Source: Sphagnum compactum (lineage: Eukaryota). From it: a DNA stretch of 64,000 nt. The DNA lies in NCBI GenBank assembly GCA_965153455.1, contig OZ234493.1, positions 7,120,213 through 7,184,212 of the forward strand, given 5' to 3'. Positions within the stretch are counted from its first letter, which is position 1. Each line of letters starts with the position of its first letter. A program made the translations under genes and the position numbers. The notes beneath the pieces are model-generated. The model was not told where the DNA came from, did no database searches, and worked only from the letters and a program-made list of their open reading frames with translations. This document shows, piece after piece, positions 40,427-52,800 of this stretch.

Positions 40427-41113
40427 TCTTATATATTAAAGCAAACATGGTGGTGTCTGTCTGTCTGTGTGGACAAAACTTCAGGTTCCCTAACCAGGTC
40501 CCAACCTTCTTCTTCTTCAAACCCTAGATTTAGGGTTTGAAGTCCAGATCCACGGTTGCAGCTTGAAGTTCCCAAACCAGGTCTCAATCCAGGTTCTTCG
40601 AAGCCAAAGATTGGGGTTTCAAGTTCAGCTCCAAGTCCAGGTCTTGATCCACGTGCAACTTGAAGTTCCCAAACCAGGTCTCAATCCAGGTTCTTCGAAT
40701 TCAAAGATTGGGGTTTGAAGTCCAGATCCAATTTTGGGTAAGAGTCAAAACTATGGATTTCTCCATTTCTGAAATGGATTTGTCTATTTGTGCACCCAAA
40801 AATAATCATATTAATTGTATTATTATTATTTTAAATTTTGTAAACCTCTCCTTGAAAGAAAATGTAATAATAAGTGTATTTATTTTAAAGGTACCCATTC
40901 TTCAACCATATGGTAATAATAGCACCAGTGGGTTTTTTTTTTTTAGCGAATTGTTTTTGTTTGTAGCCAAAATGGCCATCATCTGTGGGAAGATGTGGAA
41001 AAAGTGGGCAATTATTTGAAGGAAGATTTAGCCAAACTTGGCTACAAATCCAAACATGAAAGCACAAAGCATTCGGGGTGGCTGGAGTGGCGTAGCCACG
41101 GGTTACCCACTAG
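40427..41113 (+). mobile_element. Non-autonomous Helitron, 687 bp
   Basis: A|TCTTATATAT...(GTCT)n...TTCGGGGTGGCTGGAGTGGCGTAGCCACGGGTTACCCACTAG|T, i.e. canonical TC..CTAG ends in an A|T site; internal ~60-bp direct repeat near 40558 and 40655. Confidence 0.85.
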
Positions 41114-43848
41114 TATTACAAAATTACAACTACAAACTACAGTTCCAAAATAACGGCGTCCGCACAGTTTCACATAGCCAAACAAAACGGTCGCTCTCAA
41201 GGGCCGCCCGTTCGCCCGGTTCCAGACCGGTCGATTCTATTCCCTCCCATGCACCGCACCGTTTTGGCTACCTTGTCGCCTACGTTAATGCGCTTACACC
41301 CCTGCTGCCTCCCGGAAGCTTTGCTTGCAGCAGCAGTGATGGCGTCCCTTGGTCTACACCTCCTCCTGGTTGCTTCTCCTTCATTTTCTGTAGGAACCCA
41401 ATAGCCTGTTACCGTTGTCTCCTGTTCCGCTGTCTCGTGTGCTTGGCTACCAAAGAGTGTGCTGTGTCCACTGTTGCGTTCTTGCACCTTGGCTTGCGCC
41501 TTTGTTTTGGTTGGTTCAGGGTTTCGACGGGTTCAGGGTTTGGTTTCAGGGTAGTTAATGCAAAGAAGAAGAAAGAAACAAAGAAACAAAGAAGTCCCCT
41601 ATCTCCTCCTCATCCGCGGATACGATCAATCTCTCTACTGCACACTTGCACGCCCAAATACGCAGCCCACAAAAGCAAGCAACAAAAGCGGGAGAACAAA
41701 CGCAGTCGACAATTGCGCAAGAAACGCTTTGTTGCAACGCTCTGAGAGCTTATTTGGCCATCGCAAGTCAATGCATAACCTAACCATAGTTATTACATCT
41801 GTGCTTTCATTTTAGTAAAAATTTTGCCCCTGTTTTGTTTTTTCCCACTTTCATTTCTTTGTTGCCACATTTGCTTCATGCAACACATTGCGTAAGTCCC
41901 ATGGAAGGGGGACATTCCTGAAATCTTATTCTTTCCTATGCCCCTTATTTTGAGAATTTCTTTTGTTAGAAGTTTTGGATATATTTGTAGTTCGAACTAG
42001 ATATAGATTGTGTTTTGACTAAAGGATTGCTTGAATTCCTGAGTTTTTTGGATTTTAACATTGGGACACATGCATCCATTTGAAGGGATGGGTGATTTTT
42101 AGCCATATTTGGGACCATCTGAGACCATTTTTTTGTAGGGAAAATAGTTTCACATCAGGTTGATGCCAATCCCATATAAACTATGGTCCCCATTTTCTTC
42201 TTTGAACAGTACAAAATATGCCCCCAACAACTTACACTACTTTACCATTTAATTACCATATTTTGGCATCTATGTTGTACACATGAAGTGGGCATGTAAC
42301 TTGATGTAGTTAAACTATTACCTAGGTAATTATTTAATGGGTAAGTTTGGTGATTTACTTGTTAATAGGATTTCATAGTTTAATTATGATTTGGTCATAA
42401 TGTTTGACTTTCAAATCAAAATTTATATGGAAAGTCATATGATAAGTCTTTGGCACATTAAGGTGCATTGACTTTCATATGATTATTTATTTGAGAGTCA
42501 TGTGAAAAGTTTTTGCACTTTATTATGCATGTGAAATCACATGGGGAGCCATGTGATATGTAGACTTTAAGAAATTTATTGTTTAGTTTATTTTTGGTTA
42601 TTATATAAGTGAATGTTTATGAACTTTTGAAACATCTTCACTTGATAAAAATAAATTGTTGTATGAATGTAAAGTTTTATGGAATAAAATTGTGAAAAGA
42701 ATCGAGATTTTAGTTTTGAAAGGTTTTGGTGTAGTTTATGTGAAATACATGATAGGAAAATGGTGTAGCATACTAGTTATACATAGACAATAGAAAGGTG
42801 ACAAAATATTTATGCAAACAAAAACATAGATTTTCATAGTTATGTAATAAACATACAAAGTTTTGGTCCTAAACTCGCTTCTGATTTACTGGCACACACA
42901 TGAAACAAAGAAACCAACTGAGAGCTGTTATTTTTGGGGGTTTGACTTATGGGGGATATGAGGTTAAAGTGTTCCATCGTTGAATAACAAGATTGCATGG
43001 TAATGAATAATGCAAATATTTATATTCTTAGGTGTTCAAAATGTAATTAAAGTTTTGTTTCAAATGGAAAAAATAGGCTTATGATACCCAAAATGTCCCA
43101 CTTCAACTAAATCTGATATTAGTCATGGATGGAGGAGTTGGATTGGTATATTAAACAAAATGCAATGACCAGACTTCCCACATCATGGAACATCCATATA
43201 CATCTACATATATATATATTAATGTATATTTCACAATTTAAGTTATACAATTATGTTAACTTGATTTTTTTGTTAGGTGCAATGAATCTAAAAGTAGTGG
43301 TTCAAAGTAGCCCAAACTTTGATGTTGTAGAAGTGATATCATAAATTATGAATAAAATAGAAATATGCTTTAAAAAAAACATTGTCGCCCAAATTCTAAC
43401 TAGTCATTTTTAAACAACTTGTAGAATGTTATGCACCTTTAAGGTCGGCAAAAATTAAACTACTCCTAATCAATCATGTGTATCATTGAAAAGAGTAGAC
43501 ATTACATCACCGGATGGCAAAGGCACCCCTACAAAAATCTAATATTCATCCATAGTCTTTTCAACACATGGCACAACAATCCAATTTCACAAGTAATCAT
43601 GCATTGAGGCTCCCCATTTCCTCGTCTATATTTCAATAAAAAATAAACTCACAAATTAGTCATCAAGCAGCATTTGCTCTGTATTCGAAAAGTGAATTTT
43701 GTGGTAAACCATAATTCAATCGTTATTAATTGGTGTCTTTATTTATGTATTATTGACCATCAATGTATTTCCCGTAGTTTTAGCATTACGTCAAAACCGT
43801 TTCAAATATATAGCAGATTTAAGTGCTTTAGCCAAAACCAATCCTATT

Positions 43849-46800
43849 TTAGCTATTACCTTGTCTATTTAGACGATCAAAGATTGTTGCAAAAAATTGT
43901 TTCATAATCTTTAGAACATAGAGCACTTTAGATGATATCCATGATGATGTCCATGATAGGAATACCACCACCAGGCCTATGCCAAGTGTGGCTCCCATAG
44001 TGACGGTGTACCTTCGAACTGGCGGTAAGACTACAAAGCCAGCACTTGCAAATGCACCCAAAACGCATCCGACTGAAACAGTCAAAAGGCTGTAAGCTAG
44101 AGAAAGCAAAGTCCGCAAATCCCGCACCGCTTCTCCAATGTATTTGTCGTGTCTTGGGGGACGTGCAGCATTGGCTCCCACCATCAGGGTTGCAATCGCA
44201 AACAAGAAAGACATGGAATTGAAAATCCAAAAGATGTCCAAAATTGGATGACCTGCAACGGAAACAAAGGAAGGATACATGCCCGATGGCGCTGGGGCTC
44301 CCACATCAATGCTCGTACTCCCATAGAACTCAGAATATCCCAACGGCGGTTGTAATCATGCAGCAAAAGTCACGCTTGCAATCAAGGTAGCGCCAACAAG
44401 AATAGCATTTGCTGCATCCACATGGACCTGCCTGTCCCTATACAACCGATCCAGATGTTTCTGAACCTCAATTCTATCTAGCAAGATCTTCTCAATTTCA
44501 GCATGCCCTGTCCTCCTTGCAATCTGAACGGCTGTCATTCCTGCCCCGCTTTCCGTATTAGCTCGTAATGTCTTATCGCCACACAAGACCTGCACAACCC
44601 TTACATGGCCATATATTGAAGCTAAGTGCAACGGATTGAATTCGTCTCCAAAGGACAGTCTATCTTGTGCATCATCTAATATCTCTTGTTCCAGTGTGTT
44701 CACATCCATTTCTTTTCCACTCTCGAGGAGCTTTTTGACCACATCATGATGCCCTTGTTTCGCAGCCTTATGAAGAGTCCGTCTTGTCTCAACTTCAGGT
44801 CTTTCTAGTAACATCTTCGCTGTTTCAGCATGTCCCTTCTCCATCGCCATTTGAAGAGCTGTCATTCCTATCGCGCTTTCAGTATTAACTTCTAAGCATC
44901 CTTTCTTGTCTTCACACAATACCTTCACAACACTTGCGTGACCATATATTGAAGCTAAATGCAATGGATTGAATTCCTCTCCAAAGGACGATCTATCCTG
45001 TGCATCATCCAGAATTTCATGATTCAATGTGTTCACAAACACTTCTTTTCCACTATTGAGAAGCTTTAGGACCACATTATGATGCCCCTTTTTCGCAGCC
45101 TTATGAAGAGCCCATCTTATCTCAACCTCAGGTCTTTTTAGTAGCATCTGCACTATTTCAGCATGCCCCTTTTCCGTTGCCATTTGAAGAGCTGTCAATC
45201 CCGCCGGCTTGCTTTCAATATTAACTTCTAAACGCCCTTTCTTGTCTTCACACAATACTTGCACAACACTTGCGTGACCATATATTGAAGCTAAATGCAA
45301 CGGATTGAATTCCTCTCCAAAGGACGATCTATCTTGTGGATCATCCAGTAGTTCCTGTTTCAGTGTGTTCACATCCACTTCTTTTCCACTATTGAAAAGC
45401 TCTTGAACCACATTATGATGCCCCCTTTTCGCAGCCGCATGAAGGGCCCACCTTACCTCAACCTCAGGTCTTTCTAGTAACATCTTCACTATTCCAACAT
45501 GTCCCTTCTCCATTGCCAATTCAAGAGCTGTCATTCCCGCCTTGCTTTTAATATTAACTTGTAAGCGCCCTCTCCTGTCTTCACACAATACCTGCACAAC
45601 ACTTGCATGACCATATATTGAAGCTAAGTGCAGCGGATTGAATCCCTCTCCAAAGGATGATCTATCTTGTGCATCATCCAATATCTCCTGTTTCAGTGTG
45701 TTTACATCAACTTCCTTTTCACTATTTAGAAGCTCTTCGACCACGTCATGACGCCCCTTTTTCGCCGCCCCATGAAGAGCCCATCCTATCTCAACCTCAG
45801 TTCTTTTCAGTAAGATCTTCACTATTTGACCATGTCCCATCTCCGCTGCCAACTGAACGGCTGTCACTCCCCCCTCGCTTGCATTATTAGCTTCTAAGTG
45901 CCCTTGAACATGTCCCATCTCCGCTACCATCTGAACAGCTGCCACTCCTCCCTCACCTTCAGGATTAGCTCGCAAGTGCCCTTGAACATGTCCCATCTCC
46001 GCTACCATCTGAACACCTGTCACTCCTCCCTCACTTGCAGGATTAGCTCGCAAGTGCCCTTGAACATGTCCCATCTCCGCTACCATCTGAACAGCTGACA
46101 CTCCTCCCTCGCTTGCAGTATTAGCTCGTAAGTGCCCTTGAACATGTCCCATCTCCGCTACCATCTGAACAGCTGACACTCCTCCCTCGCTTGCAGGATT
46201 AGCTTGCAAGTGCCCTTGAACATGTCCCATCTCCGCTACCATCTGAACAGCTGACACTCCTCCCTCGCTTGCAGTATTAGCTCGTAAGTGCCCTTGAACA
46301 TGTCCCATCTCCGCTACCATCTGAACAGCTGTCACTCCTCCCACGCTTGCAGTATTAGCTCGTAAGTGCCCTTGAACATGTCCCATCTCCGCTGCCATCT
46401 GAACGGCTGTCACTCCCCCCTCGCTTGCAGTATTAGCTTGTAAGTGCCCTTGAACATGTCCCATCTCCGCTACCATCTGAACAGCTGTCACTCCTCCCTC
46501 ACTCGCAGTATTAGCTCGTAAGCGCCTATCTTCACATAAGGCCTTCACAACACTTACGTGACCATAAAATGAAGCTATGTGCAATGGATTGAATACACGT
46601 GGACCTGTAGAGTATGGATCACGCAGTATCGGATCTGTCATCTTGTAGACTGGTTTGTTCACATCCACTTCTGTTTTACTATTGAGAAGCTCTTGGACCA
46701 CGTGATGATGCCCCATTATGGCAGCCCAATGAAGAGCCCACTCCACGTCTGTAATTTTATCACATTCTGAAAGAGTCTTTACCATTTCTACATTCCCCAT

Positions 46801-47553
46801 TCTAGCAGCTGAGCATATAGGTACCAGGAACTTAAACCCATGACGCTCATATTCATTCAGGTGCCTGTCGTCAGTTAATCTGAGTGGTACAGTTCCAGCT
46901 CCAGCATTTGTCCCCCCACCTGCCCCAGAAAAATCCCAACGTCCTTTATTTACATCCACGCCATGCTGGAGTTTAGTTACGCGCTCAACCAGTTGGACAT
47001 GCCCGTACTCAACAGCAATTGCCAGAACTTCTTCCGGTAGAGGATCTGGTTTTCGATCTTCCAGGGCGATGCTTCGCCGTACCAGGGCCATCGCTATGTT
47101 CACCATGTTATTTCTCGCAGCCCAGCACCAAATCTTCCGGCAGGAGGTCCCTGCTCTCAAACATGGAGCTAATTGGTCATCAAGCCTCTTCAACAGAAAC
47201 TCCTCACTCGGCGAGCCTTCTTCTGCTTCTTCCAATGCCTTGTCGTATACCCGACCTAGTTCATCTGCACCGTCACCAATCTTCTCCAAAGTGGAGTCGA
47301 GATATGATCCCCAATCGTCCTCACTACGTTGATCGCGAATCGCTTGAAGCAGCTGTTCCTCGGGATCAGAAGCTGCCTCCCTAGCTTCTTTGGGGATGCA
47401 GGTTGCTATTTTGTGCTCATCAGAAACATCCCCATGATCTTCCCCGGGTGTTAACTTGTCGTCGTAAGTTTCTCCTTCCAGAATCGAAACTTCATTGCTC
47501 CCGGAAGCGCCGTCGCTTGAAGCTTTGGATGTGTCCTGACTGCTTGTTGCCAT
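43849..47553 (-). pseudogene. Intronless ankyrin-repeat + PGG transmembrane protein (ACD6-like) with one in-frame TGA; could be a truncated allele rather than a dead gene
   Basis: 1065-aa ankyrin ORF ending ANAILVGATLIASVTFAA*; the same frame continues LQPPLGY..FWIFNSMSFLFAI.. with hydrophobic helices to 43849; TGA at 44356-44358. Confidence 0.85.
45829..46522 (-). repeat. ~9 x 78-bp coding tandem repeat (26 aa, ANTASEGGVTAVQMVAEMGHVQGHLR)
   Basis: CCCTTGAACATG recurs at 45901, 45979, 46057, 46135, 46213, 46291, 46369, 46447. Confidence 0.95.
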
Positions 47554-49852
47554 CTTTCTCCAGATTATACGCCTCGTCGAGCTCTCGAGTTGAAAGATGT
47601 TTGTTACAAGTCTTCCTGAACATCAAATAGAGTGCTTAGTGCTATCACAAGCTCTGTGGATTACTCTCCGCAACTTTCAAAAGGTATGTACCTTCAACAC
47701 TCCATTGTAAAACATACATCCTAAGACCAGTAGCATTTCGAACTTCCATTCTGACAGAGCAGTATAAAAGCGGCATCTTGACCTGATTAATACGATCCAT
47801 TACCCACCCAAATGAAAAACGTTGCCGACTCTTCAAATGATGAAAAAATGTGATCAAAATGACCAAGAAAAACCCAAGCAGATTTCTCAACTAGACCATA
47901 GAATAATAAAATATATGTGATGAAGGAAACTCGTTGACTTTTGTAACACAAACAAAAGAAGCGTCCCCAGTCTTCACAGGCGGCACCCAGGAGCCAAAGC
48001 TTGTTTGGAAAAGGAAAACAGTACCTTAAGCAGCTGGTAATGTTGAAGAGTCTAAAACATGTAGATCCACAGGTTGTGCCCGAGTCACAGATGCCTACAT
48101 AAGACCACTTGACAAGGTCAGAGCAGCTTCAAGAAAGCTGCAAACACAGCAACGAGCAGTTGGGTTTCGAGGACTACGCGTCAATCCTCAAGCTTCACAA
48201 TCTGCTGCTACGTCGAAGATTGATGGTCAACTATGCAACCAAATCAACAAGCTTCCAATTTGGCAAGGAGTTGCTGTGCTTTCCTATCCATAAGGTTACC
48301 GATTTTTCCAATTTTGTGGGTAGGTGGGTGTAGGAATCAAACAAGGCGTCACAAACACGTTGGCCCTTCCAATAGGTAAGATGTTGTTGCACATCTACCT
48401 ACTCTGAACACCAAAAAAATCCGTTCCAATCTAAACAGTCTAAACACTTTCACCAAAAAAACTGGTTCACCTAATATGAAACTGGTTCTAGTGCCCTTCA
48501 CTAGGGGCTTCCCTATGCATAAGATTACCGATTTTTTTTCAATTTTGTGGTGCAGGTGGGTGTAGGAATCAAAGCAAGCGGCTCCCTCACAAGAGGCTAT
48601 GTCTTTTATAAAAATTTAAAGATGACATTAGGTGAATGGAAATGATATTGGGTTTAAGATGATATGTTTTTATTATATGATCACTATAATATTTCAATTA
48701 TTATTAGTTTTAAAGTAAAAGTTTTACTAGTTCCAGCCAATTTTTTTCTTTTCAAATTTAGTGAATTAGGTGAGTTGGTGATCATCCAAAATAGGATTAG
48801 CCAAATTTGGTGAGAGGTGAATGAGAGAATTAAAAAAACATTTGGGCTTCCCCCCTATAACATGGCAGCTTGTTGGAGCCTATTGTGTAAATTATGGCAA
48901 CTTCAAACCTTTTTATCCTCATTATGTGGCGGTCCTTGGGGCTAAAATCCTATTGGACTTTTTGGATTTTTTGTATTTTTGTCACATTTTGTTAGATGCC
49001 TACAATTGCATATTTTGGCATCTCTTTCCATCTATTGCATAATTTTTGCATCATTTTTCATCTTTACCATATTTTGGTATCTCAATATGTCATTTCCATT
49101 GGTATCTCTTTCCAATCATTTTTTCATTTTCGCATATCTTTCCAACTTTTCCCACAAATTTTTCCCATATTTTGTCATCTTTTTCCATCTTTCCCATAAG
49201 ACCGTGCCACGAAAGGTTTTGTCTTCTATAAAAATCAAAAAAATAAACTAACATTAGATGAATGGAAATAACATTATTTTATCATTACAAATTATAAGTG
49301 TGTCTAGTAGTTTGAATGCCATACAAATTGGTTTGTGAAAATTTGGCCAATATATTTCTAAAACACCCAATTTGGATTCATTCCCTAGCACATTTGATCA
49401 TATATGGTATAATTGTGATCCAACTTTTGTTGTGATATTTTTGAATTGGGATTTTAATCCTAATATATTCATTAATTGTTGTTTGTTGTTCTTATGATTG
49501 CTATCATCTAAAATGTCAATATTAAAATTTTCTAAAATAAAAAGGCAATCATTTGGGGACTTTTGAATCAATGCTTTTAATGTTGAGGAACATAGAAATC
49601 AAAGAAGAATGATTTGTATAAACACATATATTATATGAATCATTCTTGGAGTTCTTATGTTAAATGTAGCTGATATATATTATGATCCATTACATGTTGT
49701 CATGTAGTAAAAAGTAAGAACATTTGTGCATTGTACATCATTATCAAACCATGACCATCATAAATTGAAATGTATGAATATTTTGATGTATTTATGAAAT
49801 TATGTACATCATTCGATGATTGTATTTTAGTTTCAAAAATGCAAAGAACATG

Positions 49853-52800
49853 CTCTACCAAAAAATATAGGGTTTGACAACTAGGCTTGCAACTGGGTTT
49901 TCCGCTTGCAACTGGGTTTTCTAGTTGCAACAAACGTTTGCAACTCATGATATTATACGGCCTTGAATGTTAAAGGACAAGTTGTAGCAATTACAATGGA
50001 CACCCTATGTTGTATACAATATCGTATATACGATGCAACACACATGCAACTATATGCAACTTTTTTAGAACTAATCTCCACGTCAAATTCTCACGCACAT
50101 TCCAATGTCACGAACAAAATGCCGATGTGGCTTTTCATCCATTTGTCAACAAATGACATATGTTAATACCTTTTGCAACTTATTTATAACTATTTTACAA
50201 ATCCAAATACACAATGTCTTGTTGTTGGATGAAATCAACCCTTGTCATGGCTTCTTTGGCATTCACATGTTCCCACCATTAGACATCACTATTTATAAAC
50301 AGGAAATGGATTTGAAACTTTAAATAGATTTACATTCCATGTTGAAAAATACACTACAAAAATAAAATAAAATGTTTCTATTAAAAGGCAACTTAATTAT
50401 GAATCTAAATATGATGCCCAAGCTATTAATAACAAACATTTTTTTCTATCTAAACAAAAGGTTGAATCATAAAAATGATGACCCACAATAATCAAATATT
50501 GTCATCTAAAACATAATGTTTCATAAATGAATGTTTTCTTCTATTTTTGTTGAAATGGAGCTTGAACCATGCAATTTCTTCAATCCACCTTATCTACTTA
50601 AAATCTTCCATGTTATGATATTTAATTCCACATGTGAAATGAAATCAATGGCATATCATGACATTGTAATATTAAAAATGTTTAAATTATCCCTTCAACT
50701 TGAATAAAACTAATTTACAACTATACTACCATTAACATGTAACTTATTTGGCACTAAAATGCAACGTATGTAGAACATTGATACAAACTAAAATATAATT
50801 TGTACACTTGTAAATAAAATCAAATATTGTGCTTACAATCATGTGAACTGAATTACAATTTTAAGTACTTTTGAAAGAATCTTACCTTGTATACATAATT
50901 TTGATGTTGATGGATGGAAACATAATGAAATTTTGGCCCTATAACATAAAAACAACAAAAGTCATCACAAATGTTTAAACACAAAACAAGACATATGTAA
51001 CATGATTATCATTAAAAAATCGCCTTTCATAAATCTCTCATCATTATAAGTTAAACTAAACTTGTACAATCAACTTCTAAATAAAATGGAATATATTTTC
51101 ACATCATTTTTCATTAATATATGCAAATAAACAAAAGACAAAGAATCGACATAAACCTTCAACATCCAAGAGTAAAAGTAATAACCTTCAATATCCAAAA
51201 ATAAAAACCTTCAACATCTAAAAGTAAGAGCAAGAACCTTCGACATCTAAGAACAAAAGTAAAACCTTCAATATCCAAGAGTAAGAGCAAAAACTTTCAA
51301 CATCTAAAACCAAAAATATAAACTTTGAACATCCAAAAATAAGAACAATAACCTTTAACATCAAAAAATAAAAGTAAGAACTTTCAACATCTAAAAGTAC
51401 CAACAAAAACTTTCAACATTCAAAAAAAAACAACAAAAACCTTCAACATTCAAAAGCAAAAACAAAAACCTTCAACCTCTCTAAGAACAAGAACAAGAAC
51501 CTTCAACCTCCAAGAGCAAAAATAAAAGCCTTCAACTTCTCTAAAAGCAAGAATAAGACCCTTCAACCTCCAAGAGCAAAAACAAAAGCCCATAAGCATA
51601 AGTGCATGAAGGTCGTTGATACATTGGGGCATATTTATTGATATACTGCCATGTGTCACTTGTTTAAGGGTTTCTTGCCCAAATTTCAAATCTTTAAATT
51701 TCAAATTTTAAATTGAAGTATAGTTGCATATTAGTTGCAAACAAGTTGAAATGTCATATATATTGAGCGGTGCAAATGTATACACATGATTGTATGTGTT
51801 ACTCAAGGTTGTACATTTGTTGCAAAGTAATCATTGATTAGTAACTAAATTTATCCTAGTTGTGATGTAGTTGTTACATGTGATTAAAATGCAACTTATC
51901 AACAAAATCAAACATGGTTAACTACAATTGAATATACAGTGCGTACATTGTATTGTATAAATATACATCTTGAAGTTGATTTGCAACTACAATACAACTC
52001 TTTGATTTTCTAACGTGACATTTTTTATTAATTTGTCATATTTCCATGAGACAATTGCAATGCAGTTGTATATTAATTGTTTTGGAGTTCTAGTTGTGAG
52101 GTAATTTAATTGATGCGGACACAATTTCTCATAATGATGTGATACTTGTAAGTTGGGGTCATGATTTATATCTCGGTAATGTTGTTTTAAAAAATTTGTG
52201 TTGGGATCTTATATAATAACATGTGAATGATAAACAAAATTTAATTGAGGAACAAAAGTTGTCCAATTTGAAAAAAAAATTAGAGCAATAGTGCCTTTAT
52301 TATAATCACAGGTTACCTAACGGCCACCCCTAAGAAAGCCCCAAAAATATTCATTTTTTCAACTACACATTGATCAATGTGAAAGTTTTGATGTTGGAGT
52401 GGAGTTAATAAGTATCATCCTTCTTAAGTTTGAATGCGAGAAAAAAAAAAATTGATAATCCATGTTTTCTTACATTAGTAAAATCAAAAACTAATTCATT
52501 TAATGATAATCCCTGCAATCAATGATGGTTCTTGTTGCCGCTAATTGATTTAGAACTTGAATTCTTGCTGTAATAGGAAATCGATTTTTGCCAATTTTTA
52601 TGTCTTTGATAATTGGCTCAATTGGTGTCCAATTTGGTCGAATATTGTTTATATAAAGGTGGGTAGACTTTTCTCTAGCTAACCGTATTCCTATTTTTTG
52701 ATTTGGGAACAATATCCAAACTATGGGTTTGTTATGATAATATGTTGATATTTTGAATACACCATGAGCTCCATAAGCAAGGCCATCATATGTTGCATAA

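Noticed and set aside
41038-41745. 235-aa ORF
   Set aside because: Starts at TTG, runs across a Helitron 3' end, and has no recognisable motif
43849-44343. Separate 164-aa membrane protein gene
   Set aside because: It is the in-frame PGG C-terminus of the ankyrin gene
48697-48736. ~37-bp match to ~53590-53627
   Set aside because: Short AT-rich match with no definable element boundaries
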